Shown: positions 27,547 to 38,169 of the stretch, in pieces
Layout: each line of letters opens with the position of its first letter
Numbering within the stretch: position 1 is the stretch's first letter
DNA from: a virus
Taxonomy: Duplodnaviria; Caudoviricetes
Direction: 5' to 3' (one strand)
Length of the DNA: 64,000 bases
Virus record (IMG/VR): IMGVR_UViG_3300021431_000010
Span: 20,114 to 84,113 of that record
Notes under the pieces: model-generated
What the model was told of the DNA's origin: nothing
Databases searched by the model: none
What the model saw: only the letters and a program-made list of their open reading frames with translations
Made by a program: the position numbers and the translations under genes

Positions 27547-28506
27547 ATGAACCAAATTGTTGATAGTGTTGTTTCTGTAGTTAAAAAACATTTACCAGAG
27601 ATCCTTGTTACTTTAGGGGTCTCTGGCGTTGTCGCAGGAACAGTTGTGGCGTGCAAAGAAACAAAACAGATCGATCCGATCTTAGAAGAACATAAAGAAC
27701 AGATCGATACAATCAAAGAAAAATCTGATCAGGGTTATATTTATGATCCTGAAATGGATGCAAAAATCGAATATACGGAAAAAGACAGAAGAAAAGATGT
27801 AACTGTAACATATTTTAAAACCGGATTTAGGCTTGTTAAATTATATTTACCTGCAGGATTATTAATCGGCGGTTCTATTGGATGCATTCTCGGATCTCAT
27901 AGTATTATGGTTAAACGTAATGCAAGTCTCGGTGCAGCATATGTTGGATTATCCGAAACGTTCAAGAGTTACCGTAATAACATTGTAGAAAAATACGGTG
28001 AAAATGCGGATCTCGAGGCAAGATACAACATTAAAGCTAAGAAGGTCAAAGGAAAAGACGGTGAAGAAGATTCTGTCGAATACAAGATGACAGATAAGAC
28101 TGATATTTCAGATAGAGACTTCACAAGGTTCTTTGATATGGATAGCTGTTTCTGGGATAAGAGTGTCAATATGAATCTTATGCAGATTAATACTGCTAAG
28201 AGGAATATTCGTCGAAAGCTTAAGAGAAGAAGGTCTCACAGGGTTTCATTTAATGAAATTTGTGCAGAACTTGACTTAAGACCTGATCTCGAAAAGGGTG
28301 ACGTTATCGGTGCTGTTTTCAGACCAGGAGAGAAAGCAAATCTGGATGAATTCGGTGATCCTGCAGACTTTGATATTTTGGTATATGTATTAACTCCAAA
28401 TGGAGAAAGAGTTAAGAAACCAGTTGATACAGCAATTATGGATGGTGACACACTCAATCCAGTAATGTTGTTAGATTTTGTAGGACTTGAACCATTAGTT
28501 TATTAA
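27547..28506 (+). CDS. Membrane-anchored phage protein (DUF6353-like), paralogue B
   Basis: KHLPEILVTLG...KRNASLGAAY. Confidence 0.65.
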   Translation: MNQIVDSVVSVVKKHLPEILVTLGVSGVVAGTVVACKETKQIDPILEEHKEQIDTIKEKSDQGYIYDPEMDAKIEYTEKDRRKDVTVTYFKTGFRLVKLYLPAGLLIGGSIGCILGSHSIMVKRNASLGAAYVGLSETFKSYRNNIVEKYGENADLEARYNIKAKKVKGKDGEEDSVEYKMTDKTDISDRDFTRFFDMDSCFWDKSVNMNLMQINTAKRNIRRKLKRRRSHRVSFNEICAELDLRPDLEKGDVIGAVFRPGEKANLDEFGDPADFDILVYVLTPNGERVKKPVDTAIMDGDTLNPVMLLDFVGLEPLVY

Positions 28507-28531
28507 AAGATATTTGAAAGGAGAGTAGAAA

Positions 28532-29185
28532 ATGAAGAAACTTGCAGTACTTGTTTCATTCGTTGCTGGAGCAGCAATTGGAGCAGTTGCGGTACATTTC
28601 ATTGAAAATGATATTTTTGAAAAGAAAAAAGACGAGTTTTATGAGGCTGAAGTAAAACCCGCTAGAGACGAATACAGAAATAAATCAAAAGAGCTTGATG
28701 ATCTTAAAAAAGAGTTAACTGACAAAAACAGAATTCTCAAAGAAAAGATGCTTGATACTTATCAAGATTTAAATGAGAATCTTGGTTATATAACCGATCA
28801 AGCCGTTGAAAAAGCTACAGAAATTAAAGAGTCTATCGAAGAAAAGGTAGACTCTTCTGTTTTAGCAGCTAAGAATCTTATTAATGATTTTCGAGGAACT
28901 GTTGTAAACACAGTGGCTAATAGCAATAGTGCATACTTTATATCTGGCGACGATTACGAGGACCATGAAGACTATGCAAAGATTTCACTTGTTTACCATG
29001 CAAACGGAATTGTTATAGATAAGGACTTCAATCCTGTAATCAATCCTGAAGATATTTTAGGCGAGGAAAATTACAAACAGTTATCTAAGTTATTAGAAGA
29101 TCGAGTAGATATTGCGTGGATTAGAAACGATGATATTTCGTCAGATTTTGAAATTCAACTAGCGGATTACGACTTCAACGACTAA
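28532..29185 (+). CDS. Membrane-anchored acidic protein
   Basis: FVAGAAIGA TM segment, coiled coil. Confidence 0.65.
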   Translation: MKKLAVLVSFVAGAAIGAVAVHFIENDIFEKKKDEFYEAEVKPARDEYRNKSKELDDLKKELTDKNRILKEKMLDTYQDLNENLGYITDQAVEKATEIKESIEEKVDSSVLAAKNLINDFRGTVVNTVANSNSAYFISGDDYEDHEDYAKISLVYHANGIVIDKDFNPVINPEDILGEENYKQLSKLLEDRVDIAWIRNDDISSDFEIQLADYDFND

Positions 29186-29203
29186 TAGTCGAAAGGGGGT
29201 CAG

Positions 29204-29779
29204 ATGATACATAGTAAGGAAATAGATAAAGTAAATAATGAATATTTTGAATGGATGTATCATCTAGTTTGCAGTACCGAACGTAAAAACAAAATCTCAT
29301 ATAGAAAACTATTATATTTTCTGCATTCTTCAACATTTGTTCCAACAATAGACATGGATGATAACCGTAGAATTGATGGAATAGATTTCAGATACAGATT
29401 TGGATACGAATATGGATATCCTGATGCTGTCATAGAAGAATGTTTAAACACAAGAGACTGCAGTATTTTGGAAATGATGATCGCTCTATCTTATAAAGTT
29501 GAAGAAGAAATAACAGCTAATTACAGATTTGGTAATCGTACAGGACAATGGTTCTGGTCGATGATAGTATCACTCGGATTAAATGGAATGGAAGACAAAT
29601 CATTTGATAGAGAGTATTGCGCAAATGTAATTACTAATTTCTTAGCTCATCGGTACGATTACAACGGAAAGGGCGGTCTTTTTACGTTAGAGCATCCACA
29701 TAGAGACATGAGAGAAGTTGATATTTGGTGTCAGTTCATGTGGTTTTTAGATGAAAATCTTAAGGAGGAATGGAATTGA
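29204..29779 (+). CDS. Conserved phage hypothetical
   Basis: DDNRRIDG, CSILEMMIAL, GGLF...IWCQ motifs. Confidence 0.7.
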   Translation: MIHSKEIDKVNNEYFEWMYHLVCSTERKNKISYRKLLYFLHSSTFVPTIDMDDNRRIDGIDFRYRFGYEYGYPDAVIEECLNTRDCSILEMMIALSYKVEEEITANYRFGNRTGQWFWSMIVSLGLNGMEDKSFDREYCANVITNFLAHRYDYNGKGGLFTLEHPHRDMREVDIWCQFMWFLDENLKEEWN

Positions 29780-30042
29780 AAAAAGTAACTATGCCCGAAA
29801 TTAAAATGCCAGTTGCTGATGTAAATACACACGAGTTTACATTGCAAGCATTAAGCACGATTTCAAATATGTTTGATATTCAGGCAAGCATTAATCATGG
29901 ATTCGTGAAGAGTGTTAATAGTTTAAATCGTAGTAATTTTATTTTGACATGCTGCCTTGGTGTAACTGTTTATTTAATTTATGAAATTAATAAGGATGTA
30001 GAAGAACTTAAATCAGAAGTAAACGAACTTAAGAATCATTAA
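29770..30042 (+). CDS. Small membrane protein
   Basis: RBS AAGGAGG; TM plus coiled coil. Confidence 0.6.
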   Translation: MELKKVTMPEIKMPVADVNTHEFTLQALSTISNMFDIQASINHGFVKSVNSLNRSNFILTCCLGVTVYLIYEINKDVEELKSEVNELKNH

Positions 30043-30059
30043 GAAAGGAGAGGAATCGA

Positions 30060-33000
30060 ATGATAGATTTCTTAGTGATATCTACAAAGGTTACAAAAGG
30101 GACCATAGAGATCTATCCAAAATTTAAAATACAGAAAAGCTCTGATCTAATGATTCGTGGTCGAGACTTCTATGCAATTTGGGATGAAGAAGCTGGGGTC
30201 TGGTCGGAAGATGAACAAGATGCTGTAAGACTCATAGACAAAGAATTGACAAATTACTATCAGAAAAATAAGAATCAGTTTGATGGTAATGTCAAGATTA
30301 TGTATATGTGGGATGCATCTACCGGAATGATTGATAATTTTCATAAGTATTGTCAAAAGCAGATGAGAGACAACTATCATATGCTTGACGAGAAATTGAT
30401 ATTCTCCAATGATCCGGTAAATAAAAAGGATTACGCCTCAAAAAGGTTGAACTATCCGCTTCAACCAGGCCCTATTCCAAATTATGAAAAGATAATGTCA
30501 ACATTATATGATCCAGAAGAACGAGAAAAACTTGAATGGGCTATTGGATCGATCATATCCGGAGATTCAAAAGAAGTACAGAAGTTCATTGTACTTTATG
30601 GTGCTCCAGGATCTGGTAAGTCAACAGTATTGAATATTATTCAGAAACTATTCGATGGATATTATTCGGTATTTGATGCAAAGGCTCTTGGTTCATCAAA
30701 TAACTCGTTCGCACTTGAGGCATTTAGAACAAATCCTTTGGTTGCAATTCAGCATGATGGTGACTTATCTAAAATTGAAGATAATACGAGATTAAATAGT
30801 TTGGTTTCTCATGAGTACATGACAGTAAACGAAAAATTTAAAGCGACTTATACAAACAGGTTTAAGTCGTTTTTATTTATGGGAACAAATAAACCGGTAA
30901 AAATTACCGATGCTAAATCAGGTATTATCCGAAGACTTATTGATGTAGTTCCATCTGGTAATAAGTTAAGTTTAAGTGAGTATAGAAAACTTACAAAAGG
31001 CATCGACTTTGAACTTGGCGGAATTGCATCTCATTGTAAGGAAGTATATCTCGAAGATCCTGAAAAATACGAAGATTATATTCCAAGACGTATGATGGTT
31101 GCATCAAACGATTTCTATAACTTCGTGTTAGATTCTTACTTTATATTTAAGGAAGAAGACGGAGTAAGCCTTAAAACAGCCTGGGAGATGTATAAAACAT
31201 ATTGTGATGAAGCAAAGGTGTCTTATCCATTACCGAAAAGGATATTTAAGGAAGAACTTAGAGATTATTTTGAGTCATTTGACGACACACATTTGAGCAC
31301 AGATGGAAAACGTTCTAGAAACTATTATTACGGTTTCAAGACGTCTAAATTTGAATCAGCATCTGATACAAAGAAGCCAAAGAAAAAGACTGATCACGAA
31401 CTCATTGAGTTTAAAAAGCAGCCTTCTTACTTTGATAATCTTTGTAAAGAGTGTCCTGCTCAATATGCGAATACTAATGAAACGCCTACATATTCGTGGG
31501 CAAAAGTAAAGACGTCGTTAAAAGACATAAATACTTCAGAGCTTCATTATGTAAAAGTTCCTGAAAATCACATAGTTATCGATTTTGATATTCCAGATAA
31601 AAACGGTGAAAAAGATTTCAAAGCGAATCTAATAGAGGCAAGTAAATGGCCAAAGACTTATGCAGAATTAAGTAAGTCAGGAAAAGGAATTCACCTCCAT
31701 TATATTTGGACAGGTGGAGATCCGAATTTACTTAGCCGGATATTTGATGATCGAATAGAAGTCAAGGTATTTACAGGTAATTCGTCATTAAGACGAAAAC
31801 TTACAGAGTGTAATGATTTGCCAATTGCTGAACTTAATTCTGGTTTGCCATTGAAAGGAGATAACAAAGTGGTCAATTTTGAGGGAATTGCTAACGCTAA
31901 ATCACTTAAGACCATCATAAAGAGATGCTTAAATAAAGAATACGATAAGATGCCTAGCACGAAGCAGAACGTCGACTTTATTTATAAGATCTTAGAAGAT
32001 GCTTATAACTCAGATCTGAAATATGATGTGACAGATTTAGCAAACGATATTCGTGTATTTGCGACAAATAGTACTCACAATTCAGATTATTGTTTAAAAC
32101 TGGTAAATAAAATGCATTTCTGTTCAGAGGATCCTTCCGATAATGTCGAAAGCTTAGAAGACAGAGTGATATTTTATGATGTTGAAGTATTCCCTAATCT
32201 GTTTTTAGTCAACTGGAAATGGGAAGGCGATGACAAACCAGTTATTAGATTAATAAATCCTGGAATGAAAGAAATTGAGGAACTTTGTTCACATAAATTA
32301 ATCGGATTTAACTGTCGTAGGTATGATAACCATATTCTTTATGCAAGAATGATGGGCTATAACAACGAAGCGATATTCGAATTATCCAAGAGTTTGATCA
32401 ACGAAGGACGTGGATATTTTAGTGAGGCGTACAATCTGTCTTATACCGATGTCTACGATTTCTGTACGAAGAAACAATCTCTTAAAAAATGGGAGATCGA
32501 ATTACAAAAAGAGCATCCTGAATTAAATATTATTCATGATGAACTTGGTCTGCCATGGGATAAACCTGTTCCAGAAGATCTCTGGGATAGAGTAGCAGAG
32601 TATTGTGATAACGATGTTATAGCAACCGAGGCAGTCTTTAATGAAAACCAGGGAGATTGGATGGCTAGGCAGATTCAGGTTGAATTAGCTAAAAACCTCC
32701 ATGGTATTACAAATGTAACAGTTAACGACACAACTAACACCTTATCCGCAAAAATTATATTTGGTAATAACCGTTCACCTCAGGCAGTATTCAATTATAG
32801 AGACTTATCAAAACCGGTTTCATATAAAAGATATTCTGAATATAGGGAAAAGTTCGGTGAAGATTATGTATTCAGGGTCTTTGATGCAGATGGATTACCT
32901 TGTTATAAGACTTATGATGGCAAATCTGAATTACCAGATGGATATTCAATACTTCCGTTCTTTCCTGGATACAAGTTTGAGTTTATTAAGCAGCTTGTAA

Positions 33001-34232
33001 AGAGGAAAGATTCTGACGGATTGGATATTGAGGATGATAAAGGTGTGTTAAAGTTTTCACCGCATTCAACGTATCTCGGAGAAGAAATTGGTGAAGGCGG
33101 TCGTGTATTTTCTAATCCAGGTATGTGGAATGATATTTGGGATGGAGATGTCTCAAGTATGCATCCACATAGTGTAATTTATGAGTGCTTGTTTGGTCCT
33201 GAATATACGAAAGTATTCCAGGATATTGTTGATGCTAGAGTTGCTATTAAGCATAAAGACTTTGCAGCAGCTGAAAAGATGCTAAATGGAGTTATGACAC
33301 CGTATCTTAAAGATGAATATGCAAAATCTCTTGCTCAGGCTTTAAAGATCGTTATTAACTCTATTTACGGTTTAACAAGTGCAAAATTCGCAAACACATT
33401 CAAGGATCCGCGAAACGTAGACAACATCGTCGCAAAACGTGGAGCTTTGTTTATGACATTGTTGAAACAGCAAGTTGAAAAATGGGGTTATACTGTTGCA
33501 CATATTAAAACAGACTCCATTAAGATTCCGAATGCTACTAAGGAAATTCAGGATTTCGTCATTCGTTTCGGAAAGGAATATGGATATTCATTCGAAACAG
33601 AAGCAGAGTTCTCTAAATTCTGTCTTGTAAACGATGCAGTTTACATCGCGAAATTTAAAGAGCCTTTAATTGACAAGAATACTGGTAAAGAAACTTGGTG
33701 GACTGCAACCGGTAAGCAATTTGCTGTTCCATATGTATTCAAAAAGTTGTTCTCTAAGGAGCCGATCGTATTTGACGATATGTGCGAAACATTTGCGGTT
33801 ACGACATCTTTATATTTGGATATGAATGAAGAACTACCGGATGTATCGCAACTCGAAGAGAGGCTCAAGAAGATCGATAAAGATATTAAGAAGTATGATG
33901 GTCCTCTGTTTAGTAAACTTTCTGATGAAAAAGAAGAACTAATTAAAAAGATTGCAGAAGGGCATAACTACAAATATATCGGAAAAATCGGTTTGTTCAC
34001 TCCTATCCAGAAAGGATTCGGAGGAGGATCTCTTGTAAGAGAATCGAATCTTAAAGGACAACTTAAATATGATTCAGCATCAGGAGCTAAAGGCTATAGA
34101 TGGCTCCAATCGGAAACGGTAAAGACTCTCAAATTAGAAAGCCATATCGATCGTTCCTTTTATGATGCTCAAATTGATACCGCGATTGAAACAATATCGC
34201 AATACGGTGATTTTGAATGGTTTGCTTCTTAG
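30060..34232 (+). CDS. Fused SF3/D5-type helicase, AEP primase and family B-like DNA polymerase
   Basis: Walker A GAPGSGKST; primase IDFD...SKSGKGIHLHY; exonuclease FYDVEVF, GFNCRRYD, YCDND; polymerase DVSSMHP, KIVINSIYG, KTDS. Confidence 0.85.
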   Translation: MIDFLVISTKVTKGTIEIYPKFKIQKSSDLMIRGRDFYAIWDEEAGVWSEDEQDAVRLIDKELTNYYQKNKNQFDGNVKIMYMWDASTGMIDNFHKYCQKQMRDNYHMLDEKLIFSNDPVNKKDYASKRLNYPLQPGPIPNYEKIMSTLYDPEEREKLEWAIGSIISGDSKEVQKFIVLYGAPGSGKSTVLNIIQKLFDGYYSVFDAKALGSSNNSFALEAFRTNPLVAIQHDGDLSKIEDNTRLNSLVSHEYMTVNEKFKATYTNRFKSFLFMGTNKPVKITDAKSGIIRRLIDVVPSGNKLSLSEYRKLTKGIDFELGGIASHCKEVYLEDPEKYEDYIPRRMMVASNDFYNFVLDSYFIFKEEDGVSLKTAWEMYKTYCDEAKVSYPLPKRIFKEELRDYFESFDDTHLSTDGKRSRNYYYGFKTSKFESASDTKKPKKKTDHELIEFKKQPSYFDNLCKECPAQYANTNETPTYSWAKVKTSLKDINTSELHYVKVPENHIVIDFDIPDKNGEKDFKANLIEASKWPKTYAELSKSGKGIHLHYIWTGGDPNLLSRIFDDRIEVKVFTGNSSLRRKLTECNDLPIAELNSGLPLKGDNKVVNFEGIANAKSLKTIIKRCLNKEYDKMPSTKQNVDFIYKILEDAYNSDLKYDVTDLANDIRVFATNSTHNSDYCLKLVNKMHFCSEDPSDNVESLEDRVIFYDVEVFPNLFLVNWKWEGDDKPVIRLINPGMKEIEELCSHKLIGFNCRRYDNHILYARMMGYNNEAIFELSKSLINEGRGYFSEAYNLSYTDVYDFCTKKQSLKKWEIELQKEHPELNIIHDELGLPWDKPVPEDLWDRVAEYCDNDVIATEAVFNENQGDWMARQIQVELAKNLHGITNVTVNDTTNTLSAKIIFGNNRSPQAVFNYRDLSKPVSYKRYSEYREKFGEDYVFRVFDADGLPCYKTYDGKSELPDGYSILPFFPGYKFEFIKQLVKRKDSDGLDIEDDKGVLKFSPHSTYLGEEIGEGGRVFSNPGMWNDIWDGDVSSMHPHSVIYECLFGPEYTKVFQDIVDARVAIKHKDFAAAEKMLNGVMTPYLKDEYAKSLAQALKIVINSIYGLTSAKFANTFKDPRNVDNIVAKRGALFMTLLKQQVEKWGYTVAHIKTDSIKIPNATKEIQDFVIRFGKEYGYSFETEAEFSKFCLVNDAVYIAKFKEPLIDKNTGKETWWTATGKQFAVPYVFKKLFSKEPIVFDDMCETFAVTTSLYLDMNEELPDVSQLEERLKKIDKDIKKYDGPLFSKLSDEKEELIKKIAEGHNYKYIGKIGLFTPIQKGFGGGSLVRESNLKGQLKYDSASGAKGYRWLQSETVKTLKLESHIDRSFYDAQIDTAIETISQYGDFEWFAS

Positions 34233-34247
34233 CAGCCATTTGAAATA

Positions 34248-34356
34248 AAGGAGTTTGGAGCTGAACTTAACATATTAACTGCTTTTGATCCTCCTATGAT
34301 ACTAAAAGAGTAATATAGACTACTATTCCTATCCCCCGTGACTCTCCAAACTCCTT
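34248..34356 (+). ncRNA. Candidate structured RNA C
   Basis: aaggagtttggag / ctccaaactcctt perfect 13-bp stem; interior tcctcct. Confidence 0.35.
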
Positions 34357-34443
34357 GATATTTTGGTAAAGACGTCTTCTTACTTAGAAGGCGTTTTTAT
34401 ATTTATTCAAAACTTATTTACAAAGAAAGGAAGAAAATTAAAA

Positions 34444-34941
34444 ATGAGTAAAGTAAGTATTGACACTAATGGAAAACTGTTAATTGAAGATGCGCGTATT
34501 CTGTACCGTAATTTTGGTGGTAGAGAAACCGATTACAACCGCGAAGGTGATCGTAACTTCAATGTCATCATTGATGATCCTGAAGTAGCACATAGAATGC
34601 AGAACGATGGCTGGAACGTTAAGTTCAGAGCTCCTAGAGATCCTCAGGATCCTGGTGTCTATCACATCAAGGTTAATGTCAAATTCTCAAGTGCAAGGCC
34701 TCCGAAAATTTACCAGCACACACAGGCTGGCGTTGTTGAGTTAACAGAAATGACTGCTGGCCAGCTTGATCAGGCTGATATTTTAAGCTCTGATATGCTC
34801 ATCAGTCCGTTCCATTGGAATAAAAATGGTTCTTCTGGTATTTCAGCATATCTGGATACTCTTCATGTCGTTCTTAGAGAAGATCCATTCTTCAATAAAT
34901 ACGCCAACTTATACCCAAACGCCAATAAAATGGAGGGTTAA
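34444..34941 (+). CDS. Putative single-stranded DNA-binding protein
   Basis: RILYRNFGG...GDRNF...GISAYL pattern; directly after the polymerase. Confidence 0.6.
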   Translation: MSKVSIDTNGKLLIEDARILYRNFGGRETDYNREGDRNFNVIIDDPEVAHRMQNDGWNVKFRAPRDPQDPGVYHIKVNVKFSSARPPKIYQHTQAGVVELTEMTAGQLDQADILSSDMLISPFHWNKNGSSGISAYLDTLHVVLREDPFFNKYANLYPNANKMEG

Positions 34942-34946
34942 GATCT

Positions 34947-35243
34947 ATGACGCTTCCTTTAGATCATCCTTTTTCAGAGTTCAACAACTATTTGTATATG
35001 GAATCAGGAACGCCTAAGCTTCCTATTTATATTTGGAAAAAGGGAAACAAAGGAATTCTAGTAGAGCTTCACCTCAATGATAAGGAAAATGGCCCGCGAG
35101 GCAGGATATTCTCTATGAAATTCTACGATGAGTATAACTTCGATCTAGAAAAGTGTCTAGGTGATGTCATCAGACCAACACTAGACGAATTATATTCTGG
35201 TCTAGCAGATAGTATCAGAAGGAGGTTGAACCAAGATGCTTGA
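34947..35243 (+). CDS. Hypothetical protein
   Basis: RBS GGAGG. Confidence 0.6.
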   Translation: MTLPLDHPFSEFNNYLYMESGTPKLPIYIWKKGNKGILVELHLNDKENGPRGRIFSMKFYDEYNFDLEKCLGDVIRPTLDELYSGLADSIRRRLNQDA

Positions 35244-35439
35244 TTTTACCGGGAGTAGAGACAAATTCGTTTTCTTTCAGTACTGCAAGTTCTGTGAACA
35301 TAAGAATAAAGCAGAAAATGAAGAACCTTGCGATTATTGTTTAGAGAATCCTGTAAATAAAGATAGTCATAGACCCATTAAGTTCAAAGACAATGGGTCT
35401 TTGGCTGCCTATTTAAAAAAGAAGTCAAAAGGAGAATAA
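35236..35439 (+). CDS. Cys-rich small protein
   Basis: YCKFCEH...EPCDYCL. Confidence 0.65.
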   Translation: MLDFTGSRDKFVFFQYCKFCEHKNKAENEEPCDYCLENPVNKDSHRPIKFKDNGSLAAYLKKKSKGE

Positions 35440-35441
35440 CA

Positions 35442-35720
35442 ATGGACGATTACAAAGAATCAAAAGATATTCACACAAGAGCTTTTAATGCTCTCGAAAG
35501 ATATTTCTTCCCTCAGTTGTCAGGATCAAGTAAAAGAAAACTTGAACGTCAGAACACGATCCACCTTAGAGGTATTTGCCCTAACTGTGGCAAAACAAAT
35601 ATGCGTTTTTATAAGCGCATCTATACAAAAAGCGGGTCCAATATGGCCAATCGCTGGTTCTGTAAAGGTTGCGGCAAAGCCTTCAAACGTGAGGATTTAG
35701 AGTATGTTAAGTTCGTTTAA
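35442..35720 (+). CDS. Zinc-ribbon protein
   Basis: CPNCG...CKGCG. Confidence 0.6.
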   Translation: MDDYKESKDIHTRAFNALERYFFPQLSGSSKRKLERQNTIHLRGICPNCGKTNMRFYKRIYTKSGSNMANRWFCKGCGKAFKREDLEYVKFV

Positions 35721-35997
35721 TAAGGATTTTTATGCTTTCATTCCGATATGGATGCAGAACAAGCTCGATATGAAAATTCTTCTTTACGGTAAAGAGGGAT
35801 GGTTCTCAAGAGCTTGGGATACATATAGGAAAAAATGTCTCACTTTCTCGAAAGATGATCCTGAAGACCCTGATGTTTTCTTCGCGAAGGCAGAAGGAAA
35901 TAAGGTCGAGCTAGTCGCAAGCGACGATGACGGAGTGATATTTTCAGAAAGTGATGAATATTCTTCATATGCGAAGGAGGATTTAAAGTGTGACTAA
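35704..35997 (+). CDS. Hypothetical protein
   Basis: ORF in operon. Confidence 0.55.
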   Translation: MLSSFNKDFYAFIPIWMQNKLDMKILLYGKEGWFSRAWDTYRKKCLTFSKDDPEDPDVFFAKAEGNKVELVASDDDGVIFSESDEYSSYAKEDLKCD

Positions 35998-36268
35998 AAT
36001 TTGGAATTGGATCAAGAGCAAATTCAGTAGAGCAAAGAATACTGAACCGGTTGAAGAGAAGAAAGAAGAAGTTCCTTTATATTTAGCCTGCAATGGAATG
36101 TACATAGCAGTGATCGAAAGCATTGAACGCCAGATCGAACAAGTTAAGATCGATTATGCTCTCGGTACGATCAGTAAAGATATTTATGATCAGCACTTCG
36201 AAAACTTCCAAAAGAGAGTAAAAGAGCTATCGGCAAACTACGCTAAAGAACTTTTATATTCTGCATAA
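35990..36268 (+). CDS. Hypothetical protein
   Basis: AAGGAGG and GTG start. Confidence 0.6.
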   Translation: MTKIWNWIKSKFSRAKNTEPVEEKKEEVPLYLACNGMYIAVIESIERQIEQVKIDYALGTISKDIYDQHFENFQKRVKELSANYAKELLYSA

Positions 36269-36277
36269 GGAGAGACT

Positions 36278-37657
36278 ATGGGATTAGGTTTATATGATTA
36301 CCAATTAGATGCCATTGATCATATGAAAAATGGCTGTATACTCTGTGGAGGAGTTGGATCAGGTAAATCTAGAACAGCTCTTGGCTATTACTTTAAAGAG
36401 AACGGTGGTGATATCGTAGGTAACGATCATACGTCGAATTGTAATATCACCATGAAAGACCTGTACATAATTACCACTGCTCGAAAACGAGATTCAAAAG
36501 ACTGGGAGTCAGATATGGCTCCTTTTCTTTTGGTTCCGAGTACACAGACTGTAGATAAATACGGAAATGTACATTACAGCAAGAATGATGTTTACAACCA
36601 TATAGTTGTCATAGACAGCTGGAACAACATTCAGAAGTATAAGGACGTTAGAGACGCGTTCTTTATCTTCGATGAGCAAAGAGTTGTGGGAAAAGGGGTA
36701 TGGGTTAAGTCTTTTCTTAAAATGGCTAAAAACAACGACTGGATATTACTAAGCGCCACACCTGGTGACACTTGGTCAGATTATATTCCAGTGTTTATAG
36801 CAAATGGCTTCTATCGTAATTTCACAGAATTTAATAATGAGCATGTTGTCTGGAGCAGATTTACAAACTTCCCAAAGGTTGACAGATATGTTGGGACGTT
36901 AAAGTTAAACCGCTTAAGAAACGAGATTCTCGTCGATATGGATTTCCACAGACATACAACCCGTCATTATGAAATCATAGAGTGTGATTATGATAGGCTG
37001 TTGTACAAGTCATTACTAAAAGATCGTTGGGATCCATATGACAAATGCCCAATTGAAAACGGTTCTAAATTGTACTATTTGCAGCGTAAAGTAAGCAACA
37101 TTTCCGATGACAGACAGGCTAAATTACTCGAAATAATGGAGACTCATCCACGAGTAATTATCTTCTATAACTTCGACTATGAGTTGGATATTCTCAGAAG
37201 CGTTTTTAAGGCCTCTGGCGTGCCGTATACCGAATGGAACGGACACAAACACGAAGATATTCCTTCTACGAAAAAGTGGGCTTATTTGGTCCAATATACG
37301 TCTGGAAACGAGGCCTGGAATTGCATTGTAACAGATACAATTGTGTTTTATTCGCAGAATCCAAGCTATCGAGTCCTTGAACAAGCGTCTGGACGTATCG
37401 ACAGACTAAATACACCATTTAATGACTTATATTATTACAGACTTAAGTCAAATAGTCCGATCGACACCAGAATGAACATTGCGCTGAAAAACAAAAAGAA
37501 CTTCAATTCAAGAGACTTAGTCAGAAAGTACAACCAAAAGTACTTCTCGAATGTCAATGAACCGGAGCCAAACGAAGACAGCCAAAAAGATATTTCAAAA
37601 CCACAGTCATCAGAAGAATACCTAAAGCAGAAATATGAACAGTTAAAACTATTTTAA
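36278..37657 (+). CDS. Superfamily 2 (SNF2-like) helicase
   Basis: GGVGSGKS, FIFDEQ, LSATPG, EQASGRIDR. Confidence 0.85.
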   Translation: MGLGLYDYQLDAIDHMKNGCILCGGVGSGKSRTALGYYFKENGGDIVGNDHTSNCNITMKDLYIITTARKRDSKDWESDMAPFLLVPSTQTVDKYGNVHYSKNDVYNHIVVIDSWNNIQKYKDVRDAFFIFDEQRVVGKGVWVKSFLKMAKNNDWILLSATPGDTWSDYIPVFIANGFYRNFTEFNNEHVVWSRFTNFPKVDRYVGTLKLNRLRNEILVDMDFHRHTTRHYEIIECDYDRLLYKSLLKDRWDPYDKCPIENGSKLYYLQRKVSNISDDRQAKLLEIMETHPRVIIFYNFDYELDILRSVFKASGVPYTEWNGHKHEDIPSTKKWAYLVQYTSGNEAWNCIVTDTIVFYSQNPSYRVLEQASGRIDRLNTPFNDLYYYRLKSNSPIDTRMNIALKNKKNFNSRDLVRKYNQKYFSNVNEPEPNEDSQKDISKPQSSEEYLKQKYEQLKLF

Positions 37658-37674
37658 GGGGAACCAATAAATAT

Positions 37675-38169
37675 ATGGCCAGACATTTCTATTACTACAT
37701 ACATAAAACGGAAGATCCTGAGTCTGAAGTGATATTTCATGGCAAATGCGGAGATGTAGCAAAACGTTATGGAGTTACATCGAATCAGCTTGATGGTAAG
37801 GTACGAAGCGGTAATTGCCTTCTGAATGATATTCACTTTATTGAAAGAGTAGATCTAAACGAGTCAAGGCAAGGAAAACGTAAGAACTATGCCGGACTCA
37901 ACTATCCGAAGAAACGTAGTAAGTTTGAAGAAACCGTAGATACTGTTGAGAAGATGCTTAATATTTACGGAAACACAATTATTTACAAAGATTTAGACAA
38001 AATTCAGCAACGTTTAGAAAAAGATGGATATTCTATCAAGGTTAAATACGAGCCAGAACGAAGAATTAAGCATAAGGCTCTTAGTTCAGGTAATGGCAAC
38101 GTGGAAATCTATAACGAATGTTGGATTTTGGAATTAGTGCGAAGGGAGAGAATTAATAATGATTACTAA
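37675..38169 (+). CDS. Hypothetical, possible DNA-binding
   Basis: DVAKRYGVTSNQL HTH-like segment. Confidence 0.55.
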   Translation: MARHFYYYIHKTEDPESEVIFHGKCGDVAKRYGVTSNQLDGKVRSGNCLLNDIHFIERVDLNESRQGKRKNYAGLNYPKKRSKFEETVDTVEKMLNIYGNTIIYKDLDKIQQRLEKDGYSIKVKYEPERRIKHKALSSGNGNVEIYNECWILELVRRERINNDY

